A stretch of 64,000 nucleotides of DNA from Parcubacteria bacterium C7867-001 (GCA_001189095.1 LFCK01000001.1:253159-317158); one strand, 5' to 3'; numbered from the stretch's first letter, positions 40,355-50,297 are shown. Made by a program: numbers and translations. The notes: generated by a model not told the origin, from the letters alone.

Positions 40355-41314
40355 ATGGAATACCACATCACGCTCCCCTCTAAGCCTCGCGTCCAATCGG
40401 AAGACGGCGTACAAGGCATTTACGAGATAGATTCGCTCTATCCGGGCTACGGCCACACCCTCGGCAACTCGCTTCGCCGCATTATCCTTTCCTCGCTTCC
40501 GGGCGCGGCCGTCACGACCGTGAAGATCGAAGACGTTCAGCATGAATTCTCGACCATCGAGGGCGTGCGCGAGTCCGTCATGGAAATTTTGCTCAACCTC
40601 AAGCGCGTCCATTTCGTGCTTCATGGCGATGAGCCACAGACCATTAAGCTCTCGGTAAAGGGCGCAAAGCAGGTGACTGCTGGCGATTTCACCCTTCCGT
40701 CGCAGGTAACTATCGCAAATCCGGAGCAGCACATCGCTGATGTTTCTGGAAAGGTTGCACTCGAACTCGAAGCAACCATCGAACGCGGCCTCGGCTACGT
40801 TCCGCGCGAAATGCTTACTAAGGAGAAAGTCGACATCGGCGTTATCGCGCTTGATGCGACCTTCACCCCGATTCGCCGCGTGAACTACGAAGTAGAAAAC
40901 ATGCGCGTCGGTGATCGCACGGACTTCAACCGCTTGAAGATCCTTATCGAGACGAACGGCACCATCTCGCCGCGCGAAGCGCTCGAGAAGTCTATCGAAA
41001 TAATGATCCATCAGCTCAAATCGATCGTTGGCTTCCAAGAGGAAGTTGAGGAGAGTGAGATCCCGACCATGATCGGCGCTGATGAAATGCCGAAGTCTTC
41101 TGCAGGGAAGGACCCGGCGAAGATGAAGCTTGAAGAACTCGAGCTCTCGACCCGCACGACTTCCGCCCTTACGGACGGTGGTGTGAAGACGGTCGCTGGC
41201 CTTATCCGCAAGACCGCCTCGGCGCTCAAGGAACTCGACGGCGTCGGCGACAAGGCTATCGAGGAAATCAGCGAAGCTCTCGATAAGCTCGGACTCGAGC
41301 TCAAGGGCGAGTAA
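40355..41314 (+). CDS. rpoA: RNA polymerase alpha subunit
   Basis: GYGHTLGNSLRRIILSS, HEFSTIEGV, RVGDRTDF. Confidence 0.98.
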   Translation: MEYHITLPSKPRVQSEDGVQGIYEIDSLYPGYGHTLGNSLRRIILSSLPGAAVTTVKIEDVQHEFSTIEGVRESVMEILLNLKRVHFVLHGDEPQTIKLSVKGAKQVTAGDFTLPSQVTIANPEQHIADVSGKVALELEATIERGLGYVPREMLTKEKVDIGVIALDATFTPIRRVNYEVENMRVGDRTDFNRLKILIETNGTISPREALEKSIEIMIHQLKSIVGFQEEVEESEIPTMIGADEMPKSSAGKDPAKMKLEELELSTRTTSALTDGGVKTVAGLIRKTASALKELDGVGDKAIEEISEALDKLGLELKGE

Positions 41315-41350
41315 GTTGCTCAAATCAAGGAACACCTGTAAAACAACGGT

Positions 41351-41707
41351 ATGCGACATCACGTAAAAGGACGGAATTTCGGGCGAACCAAGGACCAGCG
41401 CACAGCGCTGCTCCGTTCGCTTGCCCGTTCACTCGTGATCCACGAGCGCATCTCGACCACCGAAGCGAAGGCTAAAGAGCTCCGCCCAATCATCGAGAAG
41501 CTCGTGACCCGCGCTCGCACCGACACGGTGGCTAACCGCCGCCTCGTCAGCGCCCGCCTCGGCGGAGACGACGCTGCAACGGTGAAGCTCTTCAATACCA
41601 TCGCGCCTCGCTTTGCAGAGCGTGCTGGCGGCTACACCCGCATCGTTAAGCGCTCGAAGATTGCGCTCGACGGCCGCAAACTCGCGTACATCGCCTTCGT
41701 CAACTAA
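41351..41707 (+). CDS. rplQ: 50S ribosomal protein L17
   Basis: MRH, ISTTEAKAKELR, GGYTRI. Confidence 0.97.
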   Translation: MRHHVKGRNFGRTKDQRTALLRSLARSLVIHERISTTEAKAKELRPIIEKLVTRARTDTVANRRLVSARLGGDDAATVKLFNTIAPRFAERAGGYTRIVKRSKIALDGRKLAYIAFVN

Positions 41708-41711
41708 ACCT

Positions 41712-42116
41712 ATGCCTGCCTACAAGACCAAAACTTCAGTCGTTAAGAATCGCGTCGCTGTCATGCCGCGTATTTCGTATGCAATCGATGCATCCGGAAA
41801 AAACCTCGGCCGTGTCGCAAGCGATGCTGCTATGGCGCTCCTCGGTAAGAAGTCCGCGCATTACGAAAAGAATGCCGTGCTCAACGTCGAGGTAACCGTT
41901 TCAAACGTCTCGAAGATGGTCCTCACGGAGAAGCGCCTTCGCGACAAGAGCTACCTCCGCTACTCCGGCTATCCGGGCGCGCTCTATGAGACCAAGCTTC
42001 CAGAGATGGTTGCAAAGAAGGGTAAAGAAGAAGTTCTTCGCCGTGCTGTCATGGGCATGATCCCGCGCAACGGTCTCCGCAAGGAGCGCATGAAGCGTCT
42101 TATCCTCGTCGATTAA
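41712..42116 (+). CDS. rplM: 50S ribosomal protein L13
   Basis: IDASGKNLGRVAS, YSGYPG, AVMGMIP. Confidence 0.95.
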   Translation: MPAYKTKTSVVKNRVAVMPRISYAIDASGKNLGRVASDAAMALLGKKSAHYEKNAVLNVEVTVSNVSKMVLTEKRLRDKSYLRYSGYPGALYETKLPEMVAKKGKEEVLRRAVMGMIPRNGLRKERMKRLILVD

Positions 42117-42121
42117 ATTAT

Positions 42122-42523
42122 ATGTCTGACACCAATTACACTCTCGCCATCGGCCGCCGCAAGACCGCAACCGCGCGCGTCCGCATCTCGCCGGCCTCAA
42201 AGACCACAATCATGGTGAACGGCATGGACGCGAAGGACTATTTCAAGACTGCAGAGCGCGCAGGCGTTCCGACGCAGGCCCTTCATGTCTTCGGTGAAGC
42301 TGCGAAGAACTACCTCGTCGAGGTAAAGGCAGCTGGAGGCGGTCTCTCGGCTCAGGCAGACGCTGTCCGCCACGGCATCGCTCGCGCGCTCACGAAGCTC
42401 GACGCAGCGAACCGCCCAGCTCTCAAGGAAGCAGGCTTCCTCACTCGCGACCCTCGCGCTGTGGAGCGCAAGAAGCCGGGTCTTCTTAAGGCCCGCAAGC
42501 GCGGAGCTTGGAGCAAGCGTTAA
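42122..42523 (+). CDS. rpsI: 30S ribosomal protein S9
   Basis: GRRKTATARV, GGGLSAQA, LTRDPRAVERKKPG, SKR end. Confidence 0.98.
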   Translation: MSDTNYTLAIGRRKTATARVRISPASKTTIMVNGMDAKDYFKTAERAGVPTQALHVFGEAAKNYLVEVKAAGGGLSAQADAVRHGIARALTKLDAANRPALKEAGFLTRDPRAVERKKPGLLKARKRGAWSKR

Positions 42524-42530
42524 TACTCCA

Positions 42531-42560
42531 ACAAAACCCGCCGCTGGCGGGTTTTGTTTT
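42531..42560 (+). terminator. terminator of ribosomal protein operon
   Basis: ACAAAACCCGCC-GCT-GGCGGGTTTTGT plus Ts. Confidence 0.8.
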
Positions 42561-42593
42561 TACATTTACGAAACTGTGTGCAAGCATTAAAAA

Positions 42594-43109
42594 ATGCAAG
42601 AATTTCTGGCGACTCTTTCTTCAGCTGACATCATCCAGCTACTCGTCCTTCTCACTTTAGTGATTACATTTCTTTATAGCATCTTGAGAGACTTATTCTT
42701 AGCTATTATTAAAAGAAAGAGATTGAGTTTATTGAAAGCAACGCTTACTTACTACGATCTCCCGAAAGATAGAGGTTATAAAAAATATACAATACTTGAA
42801 ATCGAGGTATATAACAGTAGTCCTAATTTAATCTCGTTAAAAACGTTTAGAGTGGAGACTCTTGACGGTAACATTGTAGAAGACAATTGTGATTTATGGT
42901 CCAGTGGAGGCATGTGTGACCTCAAACCAAATTCAATTAGCCATCGAAAAGTAAGCTGGTTAGATCGTAAATTATCTAAGCAGGAAGTAAAAGAACTGAT
43001 GTTAATCGACTACTCAGAAAAAACTTATCGTTTTGATCCAAATAAACATTTAACTGAGAGAACATTGAAGGAAATACCCAGCAAAGACGAGTGGCGTCAT
43101 CGCCCTTAA
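42594..43109 (+). CDS. AT-rich hypothetical protein with N-terminal TM
   Basis: Visibly AT-rich codons (TTA, AGA, ATA) unlike flanking genes. Confidence 0.7.
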   Translation: MQEFLATLSSADIIQLLVLLTLVITFLYSILRDLFLAIIKRKRLSLLKATLTYYDLPKDRGYKKYTILEIEVYNSSPNLISLKTFRVETLDGNIVEDNCDLWSSGGMCDLKPNSISHRKVSWLDRKLSKQEVKELMLIDYSEKTYRFDPNKHLTERTLKEIPSKDEWRHRP

Positions 43110-43322
43110 GCTCGCAAGGAGTTTAGTATTGTTCATACCGAAACAAGCCCGTCGCTGGCGGGTTCAGGGTTTTTGTGGTGATATGCACCCAGACCCTGCG
43201 TACCTTGGCAGTGTTTGGAAGGATGAAAAATGTCCGCAGGTAGAATACTGCGCGGCTAGGGGCACGAATCCCGACCCCTTTCGGTCAGGTGACCAAACCT
43301 AAGGCATACGAAAGTATCGACA

Positions 43323-44075
43323 ATGTCCATCTATCAGGACCGAATCGACACGCCATTCCAGTTTATGGAACGCGTGCTCGCCAAGAGTCTCTGCATGCCG
43401 CTCGTCGACCTTAAGGGTCGATGGGGGTCGTTCAGCCCCTTTTACAACGCCTACAACGCGTCGCTCAAAGAAAAGCGGCGAGAAGGGGCGCGCGGAGCTG
43501 CAAGCTTCCTTATGTGGATGTTTCTCGCTGGCGGCTTCTCGAGCTGGTTTGCAGACGCAAACGTAACGCATGTGGACGTGGCCATCCGACTCACATTCTT
43601 CACGAGCGCTCTGGTTTGCTTCGTGTACTGGCTGTATCTCGTTTTCCTGCGAGCGCGTCTCGCGGAAAACTACAGGACGTCTGAACTCGAATACGCGAAG
43701 AATGCGATGCAGTACATCGACAGCTACAACTGGCTGCTCCGAGAGACGGATCCGAAAAATATTCGGATCTACGACCTTTCGCTGAACCAGCTTAAGGCCG
43801 TCGCTGGAAACCTCTTGATCGAACGTGCGGAATGGGTCCTCAAGTTCGAGAAAGAGAACGAGGGCTCGCCGGAAGAGCATTGGCGGGAGGCGAAGAAGCC
43901 GCTCGTCGCCAGCTTCGAGACGGCCTATGACCACCTCTACAAGCTCGGTCTCGTCGAGGACTACCGCAAGTTCGGTCGCTACTACGACATGGCTCGAATC
44001 AAGATGAATCCGCCCAAGCCGCTCACTGGTGAAGCATCGCAAGATGCGCCGGAGCGCAAAGACCAACAAGTCTGA
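43323..44075 (+). CDS. hypothetical two-TM protein
   Basis: 250 aa, two TMs, terminator follows. Confidence 0.7.
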   Translation: MSIYQDRIDTPFQFMERVLAKSLCMPLVDLKGRWGSFSPFYNAYNASLKEKRREGARGAASFLMWMFLAGGFSSWFADANVTHVDVAIRLTFFTSALVCFVYWLYLVFLRARLAENYRTSELEYAKNAMQYIDSYNWLLRETDPKNIRIYDLSLNQLKAVAGNLLIERAEWVLKFEKENEGSPEEHWREAKKPLVASFETAYDHLYKLGLVEDYRKFGRYYDMARIKMNPPKPLTGEASQDAPERKDQQV

Positions 44076-44167
44076 ATATGTGCGCCCACCCCAAAGGGGT
44101 GGGCGCTTTCTGTAACTAGCAGTTTTTGCGCTCGCAGTGTAGGGTGCAATCAGAAAAGGAGAAGGTC

Positions 44168-44485
44168 ATGCCCTCAGACGACGAAATCCACCCAATGCAC
44201 CTTGCAGCCTATAAGGAACGCTGGGACGACCCTGAAACTTCGCTTGATACCAAGCTGTACTACGGCCAAGCGTGGGCAGATTCGGTTTCCACGGACGTCT
44301 GCAACCAGTTCTATACAACCCATCGAAAACTAGCGCCGCACGTCGAACGAGTCTTCCTCATGAAGCTCGGCGCAGCTCTCACCAAGGCTCATGAGGAGAA
44401 AAAGACCGGCCAGGAAGCCGTGAAGATTCTCGTCGACGCCTGTGCCGAAGCTGGCCTCACGAAGAAAGTCCCGGAGGCAGCCTAG
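44168..44485 (+). CDS. hypothetical protein
   Basis: SD AAGGAG, terminator follows. Confidence 0.65.
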   Translation: MPSDDEIHPMHLAAYKERWDDPETSLDTKLYYGQAWADSVSTDVCNQFYTTHRKLAPHVERVFLMKLGAALTKAHEEKKTGQEAVKILVDACAEAGLTKKVPEAA

Positions 44486-44553
44486 GTATACGGCCCGCAC
44501 TTTGTGCGGGCCGTTTTTTGACTCCAAAATCCATTTCAGGCATAGTTGAAGCA

Positions 44554-45087
44554 ATGGATGACATCGATGATGTTCAGATAGAAGCGGATGGCTCCGAGGA
44601 ACTCGGCGGTTCTGGAGGCGATGCTGCATCGAAAGTCTCGAAGCAGAAGTCGGAAATCGAGAAGCTTCGTGCTGAAAAGCAGGAATACCTCGACGGCTGG
44701 CAGCGCGCAAAGGCGGACTATGTGAATGCGCTCAAGCGCTTCGAGGCTGAAAAGAAGGGCGCGATTGAGCTCGGTAAGGTGCTTTCGGTAAGTGCCTTCC
44801 TTCCGGTCATGGATTCTCTCGAACGCGCTGAAGGTTCAGGCGAGGTTCCCGAATCTTTTAAAGGAATCGCCAAGCAGCTCCATGACGCTGCCAACACTCT
44901 TGGCCTTAGCAAAATAGGCACAGTAGGGGAGAAGTTCGACCCAATGCTCCACGAAGCTCTTGGCCAAGACGCAGCGAAATCCTCCGAAGAGGACGATACG
45001 GTCACTGCAGTACTTGAAGCCGGCTGGAAGAGCAATGACGCCGTCATTCGCCCCGCCAAGGTCCGCGTCGCGCATTTTGAGGGGTAA
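44554..45087 (+). CDS. grpE: nucleotide exchange factor GrpE
   Basis: WQRAKADYVN, LPVMDSLERA, FDPMLHEA, IRPAKVRV. Confidence 0.95.
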   Translation: MDDIDDVQIEADGSEELGGSGGDAASKVSKQKSEIEKLRAEKQEYLDGWQRAKADYVNALKRFEAEKKGAIELGKVLSVSAFLPVMDSLERAEGSGEVPESFKGIAKQLHDAANTLGLSKIGTVGEKFDPMLHEALGQDAAKSSEEDDTVTAVLEAGWKSNDAVIRPAKVRVAHFEG

Positions 45088-45158
45088 TTGACTTTTTTAC
45101 TATCCGTTATACAACGGAGTTTGGACCGTAGTTTTCGCGGTTGTAACAGGAGGCCGTT

Positions 45159-45446
45159 ATGGCTACTGCTATCGAATACGGATTGATTGGTGCCCTCGTC
45201 ATGGTCGTCGGCATCGGCGCATGGTCGGTCACAAAGGACGAGGTGGGGTTCAGCGCAAAAGCTGAAGCCGCCGGCGTCCCGCAGGAACCGAAAGGCCCGC
45301 CGACCTTCGACGCCAACGGGGAGAAAATCTACTACTCCCTCCCGCTCGCGCAGAAAGAATGCGAGCTCGGCGTCTGGCAGCGTCAACGGCACTTCGGCAG
45401 CGCGCCGACCTACCGGTGCGTGACCGAAATCGAGGCGCCCGAGTAG
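45159..45446 (+). CDS. Flp-type pilin-like protein without prepilin leader
   Basis: M-ATAIEYGLIGALV (Flp motif E+5/Y+6); SD AGGAGG; in-frame TAA at 45144. Confidence 0.7.
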   Translation: MATAIEYGLIGALVMVVGIGAWSVTKDEVGFSAKAEAAGVPQEPKGPPTFDANGEKIYYSLPLAQKECELGVWQRQRHFGSAPTYRCVTEIEAPE

Positions 45447-45504
45447 ACAATTCAGAATGAAAACAACCAAACGGCCCGCGCAGAATGCGCGGGCCGTTTC
45501 TTAT

Positions 45505-45711
45505 TTATTTCTTCGAGACGTCTATTGCGTACGGCCCCTTATTGCTTTCAACGATGGAGAACATGAGCTTGTCTCCTTTCTTCAAGTTCGCAAATGCGAT
45601 TTTAACCAGATCGTCGGAATGGAAGAAAAGCGGTTCCTTCACGCCGACTATTTTGATGAATCCAGAGCTGCGCTCAGTAAGTTCTACGATGGTTCCAGTG
45701 AGCGTTTTCAT
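45505..45711 (-). CDS. cold-shock domain protein
   Basis: SGFI, LFFHS, KGPYA. Confidence 0.85.
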   Translation of the reverse strand: MKTLTGTIVELTERSSGFIKIVGVKEPLFFHSDDLVKIAFANLKKGDKLMFSIVESNKGPYAIDVSKK

Positions 45712-45767
45712 AGGGAGAGAGTGCGAGCAGGGAACAAAGAAGCGCCCGTTGGGGCGCTTCTTCTGAC

Positions 45768-45968
45768 TTAGATCTTCGAGACCTTTACGGCCTTCGGACC
45801 TTTGTCACCGTTTTCGACTTCGAACTCGAGCTTGTCGCCCTGTCGGAGGTCATCAAACGATACATTCACCAACTCGTTGGAATGGAAGAAGAGATCCTTC
45901 TCCTGTCCCTCGATTTTGATGAAGCCGAAGCCCTTGTCGGTAAGACCGGCTATGATTCCTTGCTGCAT
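45768..45968 (-). CDS. cold-shock domain protein
   Basis: KGFGFI (RNP1), LFFHS (RNP2), KGPKA. Confidence 0.93.
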   Translation of the reverse strand: MQQGIIAGLTDKGFGFIKIEGQEKDLFFHSNELVNVSFDDLRQGDKLEFEVENGDKGPKAVKVSKI

Positions 45969-46105
45969 GTTGTTTGGGTAGGATACACCTGATAAGCATC
46001 AAGTGCAGGAGGCTGGATCGCTAAGGTCGACATCCTCGTCTTCGTAGCGCTGCGTTTGATGTATTGATAATACCACATGTTTTGCTGGTGCGCTAGAACC
46101 CCTAT

Positions 46106-46134
46106 TTGACAAAATTATACACATGGTGTATAAT
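46106..46134 (+). promoter_or_regulatory. consensus sigma70 promoter with internal inverted repeat
   Basis: TTGACA-17 nt-TATAAT; ATTATACAC-ATG-GTGTATAAT at 46114-46134. Confidence 0.75.
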
Positions 46135-46179
46135 GGTATTAACCTGCTCGCGTAGCAGTCTGGAAAGAAAGGTCTTTCG

Positions 46180-46284
46180 ATGACAAGCTTTATTGGCAAA
46201 GTCGTTCTGCCGATCGTTGGTTTGTTGAGCCTCGCGGTTCTGTACCACCTGATCAGCGCCGCCGCGTCGATTCAGCACCCTTAG
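46180..46284 (+). CDS. small single-TM peptide (34 aa)
   Basis: MTSFIGKVVLPIVGLLSLAVLYHLISAAASIQHP between consensus promoter and terminator. Confidence 0.5.
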   Translation: MTSFIGKVVLPIVGLLSLAVLYHLISAAASIQHP

Positions 46285-46492
46285 CGCAAGCTATGCGGAT
46301 TCACTGAACGCCGGTCAAGCGGGCCCGTTTGCTCCTCGCAAGGAGTGACGGGCCCGTTTTTTATTCTTCATACGCCGTTCACGCCTTTTTTGAGAACCTT
46401 CATGAGGACAAGCAGAAAATATTGACATGCATAGATTCGTATGCATAATGCCTTTACGGCACAACTAGGCCGTGTTGTAAGGAGACCACACA

Positions 46493-46792
46493 ATGAGATT
46501 GGTAAAGAGAGTTGCTAGCACGCTCGTGCTGACAGCCATCATTTCCATCGCGTTCTGGGGGGTCGATTTCTCAGGCATGAGTGCCCGCGCTAGCGTGCAG
46601 GCACTCCATACCACCGTGCAAGTAGTCGCTTCACGCTCCCGCACATGGGAGACCGTAGAAGCGGCGAAAGACCCGTGCTCAGCCGCTGCGGTTATCGCGG
46701 TCGTGGAGTTGGGCGAAGACGGCCAGAGCACCCGCTACGGATGCTCTGACAAGATCGCCCCTCTTCCTGCGACCGAGGAACTGGAACGCTAG
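46493..46792 (+). CDS. small exported or membrane protein
   Basis: Signal-like N-terminus, two Cys, SD AAGGAG, own promoter and terminator. Confidence 0.65.
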   Translation: MRLVKRVASTLVLTAIISIAFWGVDFSGMSARASVQALHTTVQVVASRSRTWETVEAAKDPCSAAAVIAVVELGEDGQSTRYGCSDKIAPLPATEELER

Positions 46793-46932
46793 CACTACAC
46801 GGACAAGCCAAAGGCCCGCGCTCAAGGAGTGCGGGCCTTTTTCCTATATTTTGGGGACTTGAATCAGGAAACGGGGAAGCGTACTATGCAGGTACTTTGT
46901 GCGCATTTACTAATCCGTAACGAATATTTCCT

Positions 46933-48834
46933 ATGGCAAAGATTCTTGGAATCGATCTTGGTACGACTAATTCAGCGATGGCAATCATGGAGGGCGGCGA
47001 GCCGCGCGTTCTCGAAAACGCGGAAGGCGCCCGCACCACTCCGTCCATCGTCGCAATCGCAAAAAACGGCGAGCGCCTTGTCGGCACCCTCGCGAAGCGT
47101 CAGGCAGTCACCAACCCAAAGAACACCATCTACGGCATCAAGCGCTTCATGGGTCACCGCTTCTCGGATGAGGCGGTCCAGAAAGACAAGGGAATTGTTC
47201 CGTACGAAATAAAGTCTGGCACCGACGGCGGTGTGCAGGTGAATCTTGGCGAGAAGGATTACCGTCCTGAAGAAGTCTCCGCGATGATCCTCGCGAAAAT
47301 GAAAGCGGACGCAGAAGCAAAGCTCGGCGAGAAAATCACTGAAGCCGTTATTACGGTCCCTGCATATTTCGACGACGCGCAGCGCGCAGCGACCAAAGCA
47401 GCCGGACAGGTGGCTGGACTCGATGTGAAGCGCATCATCAACGAGCCGACTGCAGCGGCGCTTGCCTATGGTTTCAATAAAAAGAAGGACGAGAAGATTG
47501 TCGTCTACGACTTCGGCGGCGGCACGTTCGACGTGTCCGTTCTTGAAGTGGGCGATGACGTCATCGAAGTGAAGAGTACGGACGGCGATAGCCACATGGG
47601 TGGTCGCGACATTGACCAGAAAATCGTTCGCTGGCTCGCGGACGAATTTAAGAAGCAGAGCGGCATCGACGTCTCTAAGGACCCACTCGCCCTCCAGCGC
47701 CTCGATGAGGCAGCGGAGAAAGCGAAGCTCGAACTCTCGAGCGCAAGCGAGACGGAAGTGAACATTCCGTTCATTACCGTTGACTCTGGCGGCACTCCGC
47801 AGCACCTCCTCCTGAAACTCTCCCGCGCGAGCCTTGAATCGCTCTCGGAAGAATACGTAACCCGCTCCATCGACATCACCAAGCGCGCGCTTGAGGCTGC
47901 AAACCTTAAGCCGTCTGATATCAACGAAATCGTCATGGTCGGCGGTCAGACCCGTATGCCGAAGATTCTCGAAGAAGTGAAGAAGCTTTTCGGTAAGGAG
48001 CTTCATATGGGTGTGAATCCGGACGAAGTGGTCGCTATTGGCGCCGCTATTCAGGCCGGCATTCTTCAGGGCGACGTGAAGGACATTCTCCTCGTGGATG
48101 TTATTCCGCTTTCGCTCTCGATTGAAACCATGGGCGGCGTCGCGACAAAGCTCATCGAGCGCAACACGGCGATTCCGACCTCTCGCAGCCAAGTCTTCTC
48201 GACCGCAAGCGACAACCAGACTTCCGTCGACATTCACGTGACCCAAGGCGAGCGCGCGATGAGCGGCGACAACAAATCCCTCGGTCGCTTCATGCTCGAA
48301 GGTATCCCTCCAGCGCCGCGCGGCATGCCGCAGGTGGAAGTGACGTTCGACGTCGACTCTAACGGCATCCTCACCGTCAAAGCGAAAGAGAAGACTACCG
48401 GTAAAGAGCAGTCCATTCGCATCGAAGGCTCCACGGGACTTTCAAAAGAAGACATCGAGCGCATGAAGGCAGATGCCGATGCGAACGCTTCTGAAGACGC
48501 AAAGCGCAAAGAGCTCGTTGAGGTCCGCAACATGGCCGAGCAGCTTATCTACGCAGGCGAGAAATCGATAAAGGAATTCGGTGAAAAAGCTGGGGCTGAG
48601 ATCGTGAAGGAAGTCGAGGATAAGATCGGCGACCTTCGCAAGGCAAACGAAACAGGAGACATTGCTGGTATAAAAACCGCGAGCGAAGCGCTTTCGACCG
48701 CGATGCAGAAAATAGGAGAGGTTATGGCTAAGCAAGGTGAAAACCCGCAGCCGCAGCCAGAAGGGGAAGCGGGTACTCCACCACCAGAAGCCGGAGCGAC
48801 AGACGCTGAGTATACTGAGAAACCGAAAGAATAA
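46933..48834 (+). CDS. dnaK: chaperone DnaK
   Basis: [37 protein letters not shown]. Confidence 0.99.
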   Translation: MAKILGIDLGTTNSAMAIMEGGEPRVLENAEGARTTPSIVAIAKNGERLVGTLAKRQAVTNPKNTIYGIKRFMGHRFSDEAVQKDKGIVPYEIKSGTDGGVQVNLGEKDYRPEEVSAMILAKMKADAEAKLGEKITEAVITVPAYFDDAQRAATKAAGQVAGLDVKRIINEPTAAALAYGFNKKKDEKIVVYDFGGGTFDVSVLEVGDDVIEVKSTDGDSHMGGRDIDQKIVRWLADEFKKQSGIDVSKDPLALQRLDEAAEKAKLELSSASETEVNIPFITVDSGGTPQHLLLKLSRASLESLSEEYVTRSIDITKRALEAANLKPSDINEIVMVGGQTRMPKILEEVKKLFGKELHMGVNPDEVVAIGAAIQAGILQGDVKDILLVDVIPLSLSIETMGGVATKLIERNTAIPTSRSQVFSTASDNQTSVDIHVTQGERAMSGDNKSLGRFMLEGIPPAPRGMPQVEVTFDVDSNGILTVKAKEKTTGKEQSIRIEGSTGLSKEDIERMKADADANASEDAKRKELVEVRNMAEQLIYAGEKSIKEFGEKAGAEIVKEVEDKIGDLRKANETGDIAGIKTASEALSTAMQKIGEVMAKQGENPQPQPEGEAGTPPPEAGATDAEYTEKPKE

Positions 48835-48957
48835 AGAAAACTGAAAGCAACCGCCGGCCTCAGGCCGGCGGTTGACTTTTTTCTGTTCGGTCCTAAAGTG
48901 AAACTACTGGCGATTTCCTAGTCTCGTTTGAGGCACCGCTAGTAACAGGAGGCAGCA

Positions 48958-49071
48958 ATGTCCTTCATTTTGGAACCCAAGAACGTGACCTTTCTCGCGA
49001 ACCATCCGTTCCTCGTGGCCTTCATCGGCTTCGTCGGCGGCACGGGGCTCGTGTTTAAACTCTGGGGATAA
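48958..49071 (+). CDS. small single-TM peptide (37 aa)
   Basis: SD AGGAGG; MSFILEPKNVTFLANHPFLVAFIGFVGGTGLVFKLWG; terminator follows. Confidence 0.55.
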   Translation: MSFILEPKNVTFLANHPFLVAFIGFVGGTGLVFKLWG

Positions 49072-49163
49072 TGGGGAATTATCCGGCAGAGCGAAATGGG
49101 CGGCGCACTTCGTGCGCCGCCTTTTGCATACCAAAATGAAGAAGCGTATAGTGATTTTTATCT

Positions 49164-50234
49164 ATGGCAAAGAACTACTACGACATTCTGGGCGTCGAAA
49201 AGAAGGCAACGCAGGACGATATCAAGAAAGCGTTCCGCAAGCTCGCACAAAAACACCATCCTGACAAAGGCGGTGACGAAGCGGTCTTCAAAGAAATCAC
49301 TGAAGCTTATTCGGTGCTTTCTGACGACAAACGCCGACGTGAATACGATTCCTACGGCCAGACGTTCGGGGGCACCGGCGCTGGTGCACGTGGTTTCGAC
49401 TTCAGCGGATTCCAAGGCTTCCAGCAGGGCGGCGTCGACTTCGACATCTCGGATCTCTTCGGAGACTTGGGCGATATCTTCAGCGCGAACATGGCAGGAG
49501 GGAATCGCCCACGACGCGGCCGCGATATTTCGATGGACGTCGAAATATCTTTCAAGGATTCCATCCTCGGCGTAAAGCGTTCGGTTCTTATCACAAAGAC
49601 CACTAAATGCGACATCTGCCGCGGCAGTGGCGCAAAAGCAGGAACAGAAATGGAGACCTGTGCGATCTGCAACGGCGCGGGCCGCATCCGCGAAGCGCGC
49701 GACTCCATCCTCGGCTCATTCACGTCAGTACGCCCGTGCGTTACCTGCGAAGGAACTGGCAAGATTCCGAAAGAGCGCTGCGTAAACTGCAAAGGTCATG
49801 GCGTCCTCCGCAAAGAAGAAGAAATCAAGCTCGATATTCCAGCAGGTATCGACAATGGCGAGATGATCCGTCTTCCAGCGCAAGGCGAAGCCGTAAAAGG
49901 CGGCGTCTCCGGCGACCTCTATGTGAAAGTGCATGTAAAGCCGCATCCAGTCTTCCACAAGGAAGGACTCAATATCGTCATGGACCTCCCAATAAAGCTC
50001 ACCGACGCTCTGCTCGGCACCACCGTTTCGATAACGACCATCGACGATAAGACGCTCGAGGTGAAAGTCCCGCCAATGACGCGCACGGAAGAACTCCTCC
50101 GCCTTCGCGGAAAGGGAATCACTCAGCAAAACATTCAGGGCGATATTCTCATCCGTCTCTCAATCGCACTTCCGAAGAAGCTCTCTGCGCACGCAAAGAA
50201 AACCTTTGAAGCCCTCAAGTCCGAAGGCCTCTAA
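49164..50234 (+). CDS. dnaJ: chaperone DnaJ
   Basis: J-domain HPD, G/F region, four CxxCxGxG repeats. Confidence 0.98.
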   Translation: MAKNYYDILGVEKKATQDDIKKAFRKLAQKHHPDKGGDEAVFKEITEAYSVLSDDKRRREYDSYGQTFGGTGAGARGFDFSGFQGFQQGGVDFDISDLFGDLGDIFSANMAGGNRPRRGRDISMDVEISFKDSILGVKRSVLITKTTKCDICRGSGAKAGTEMETCAICNGAGRIREARDSILGSFTSVRPCVTCEGTGKIPKERCVNCKGHGVLRKEEEIKLDIPAGIDNGEMIRLPAQGEAVKGGVSGDLYVKVHVKPHPVFHKEGLNIVMDLPIKLTDALLGTTVSITTIDDKTLEVKVPPMTRTEELLRLRGKGITQQNIQGDILIRLSIALPKKLSAHAKKTFEALKSEGL

Positions 50235-50297
50235 ACAACTCCTTGCACTTAGCTAACCACAAGCTGTCTGTTTTTATTGATGAAGTGCGCGTAAAAA

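Noticed and set aside
43166-43322. Possible riboswitch upstream of 43323
   Set aside because: Several small hairpins but no match to an aptamer I can recognise and no clear expression platform
44486-46932. CIRCE operator before grpE or dnaK
   Set aside because: No TTAGCACTC-N9-GAGTGCTAA seen and no hrcA in the window
46972-48246. 424-aa ORF antisense to dnaK
   Set aside because: Long antisense frames over dnaK are a known codon-bias artefact; no independent signals
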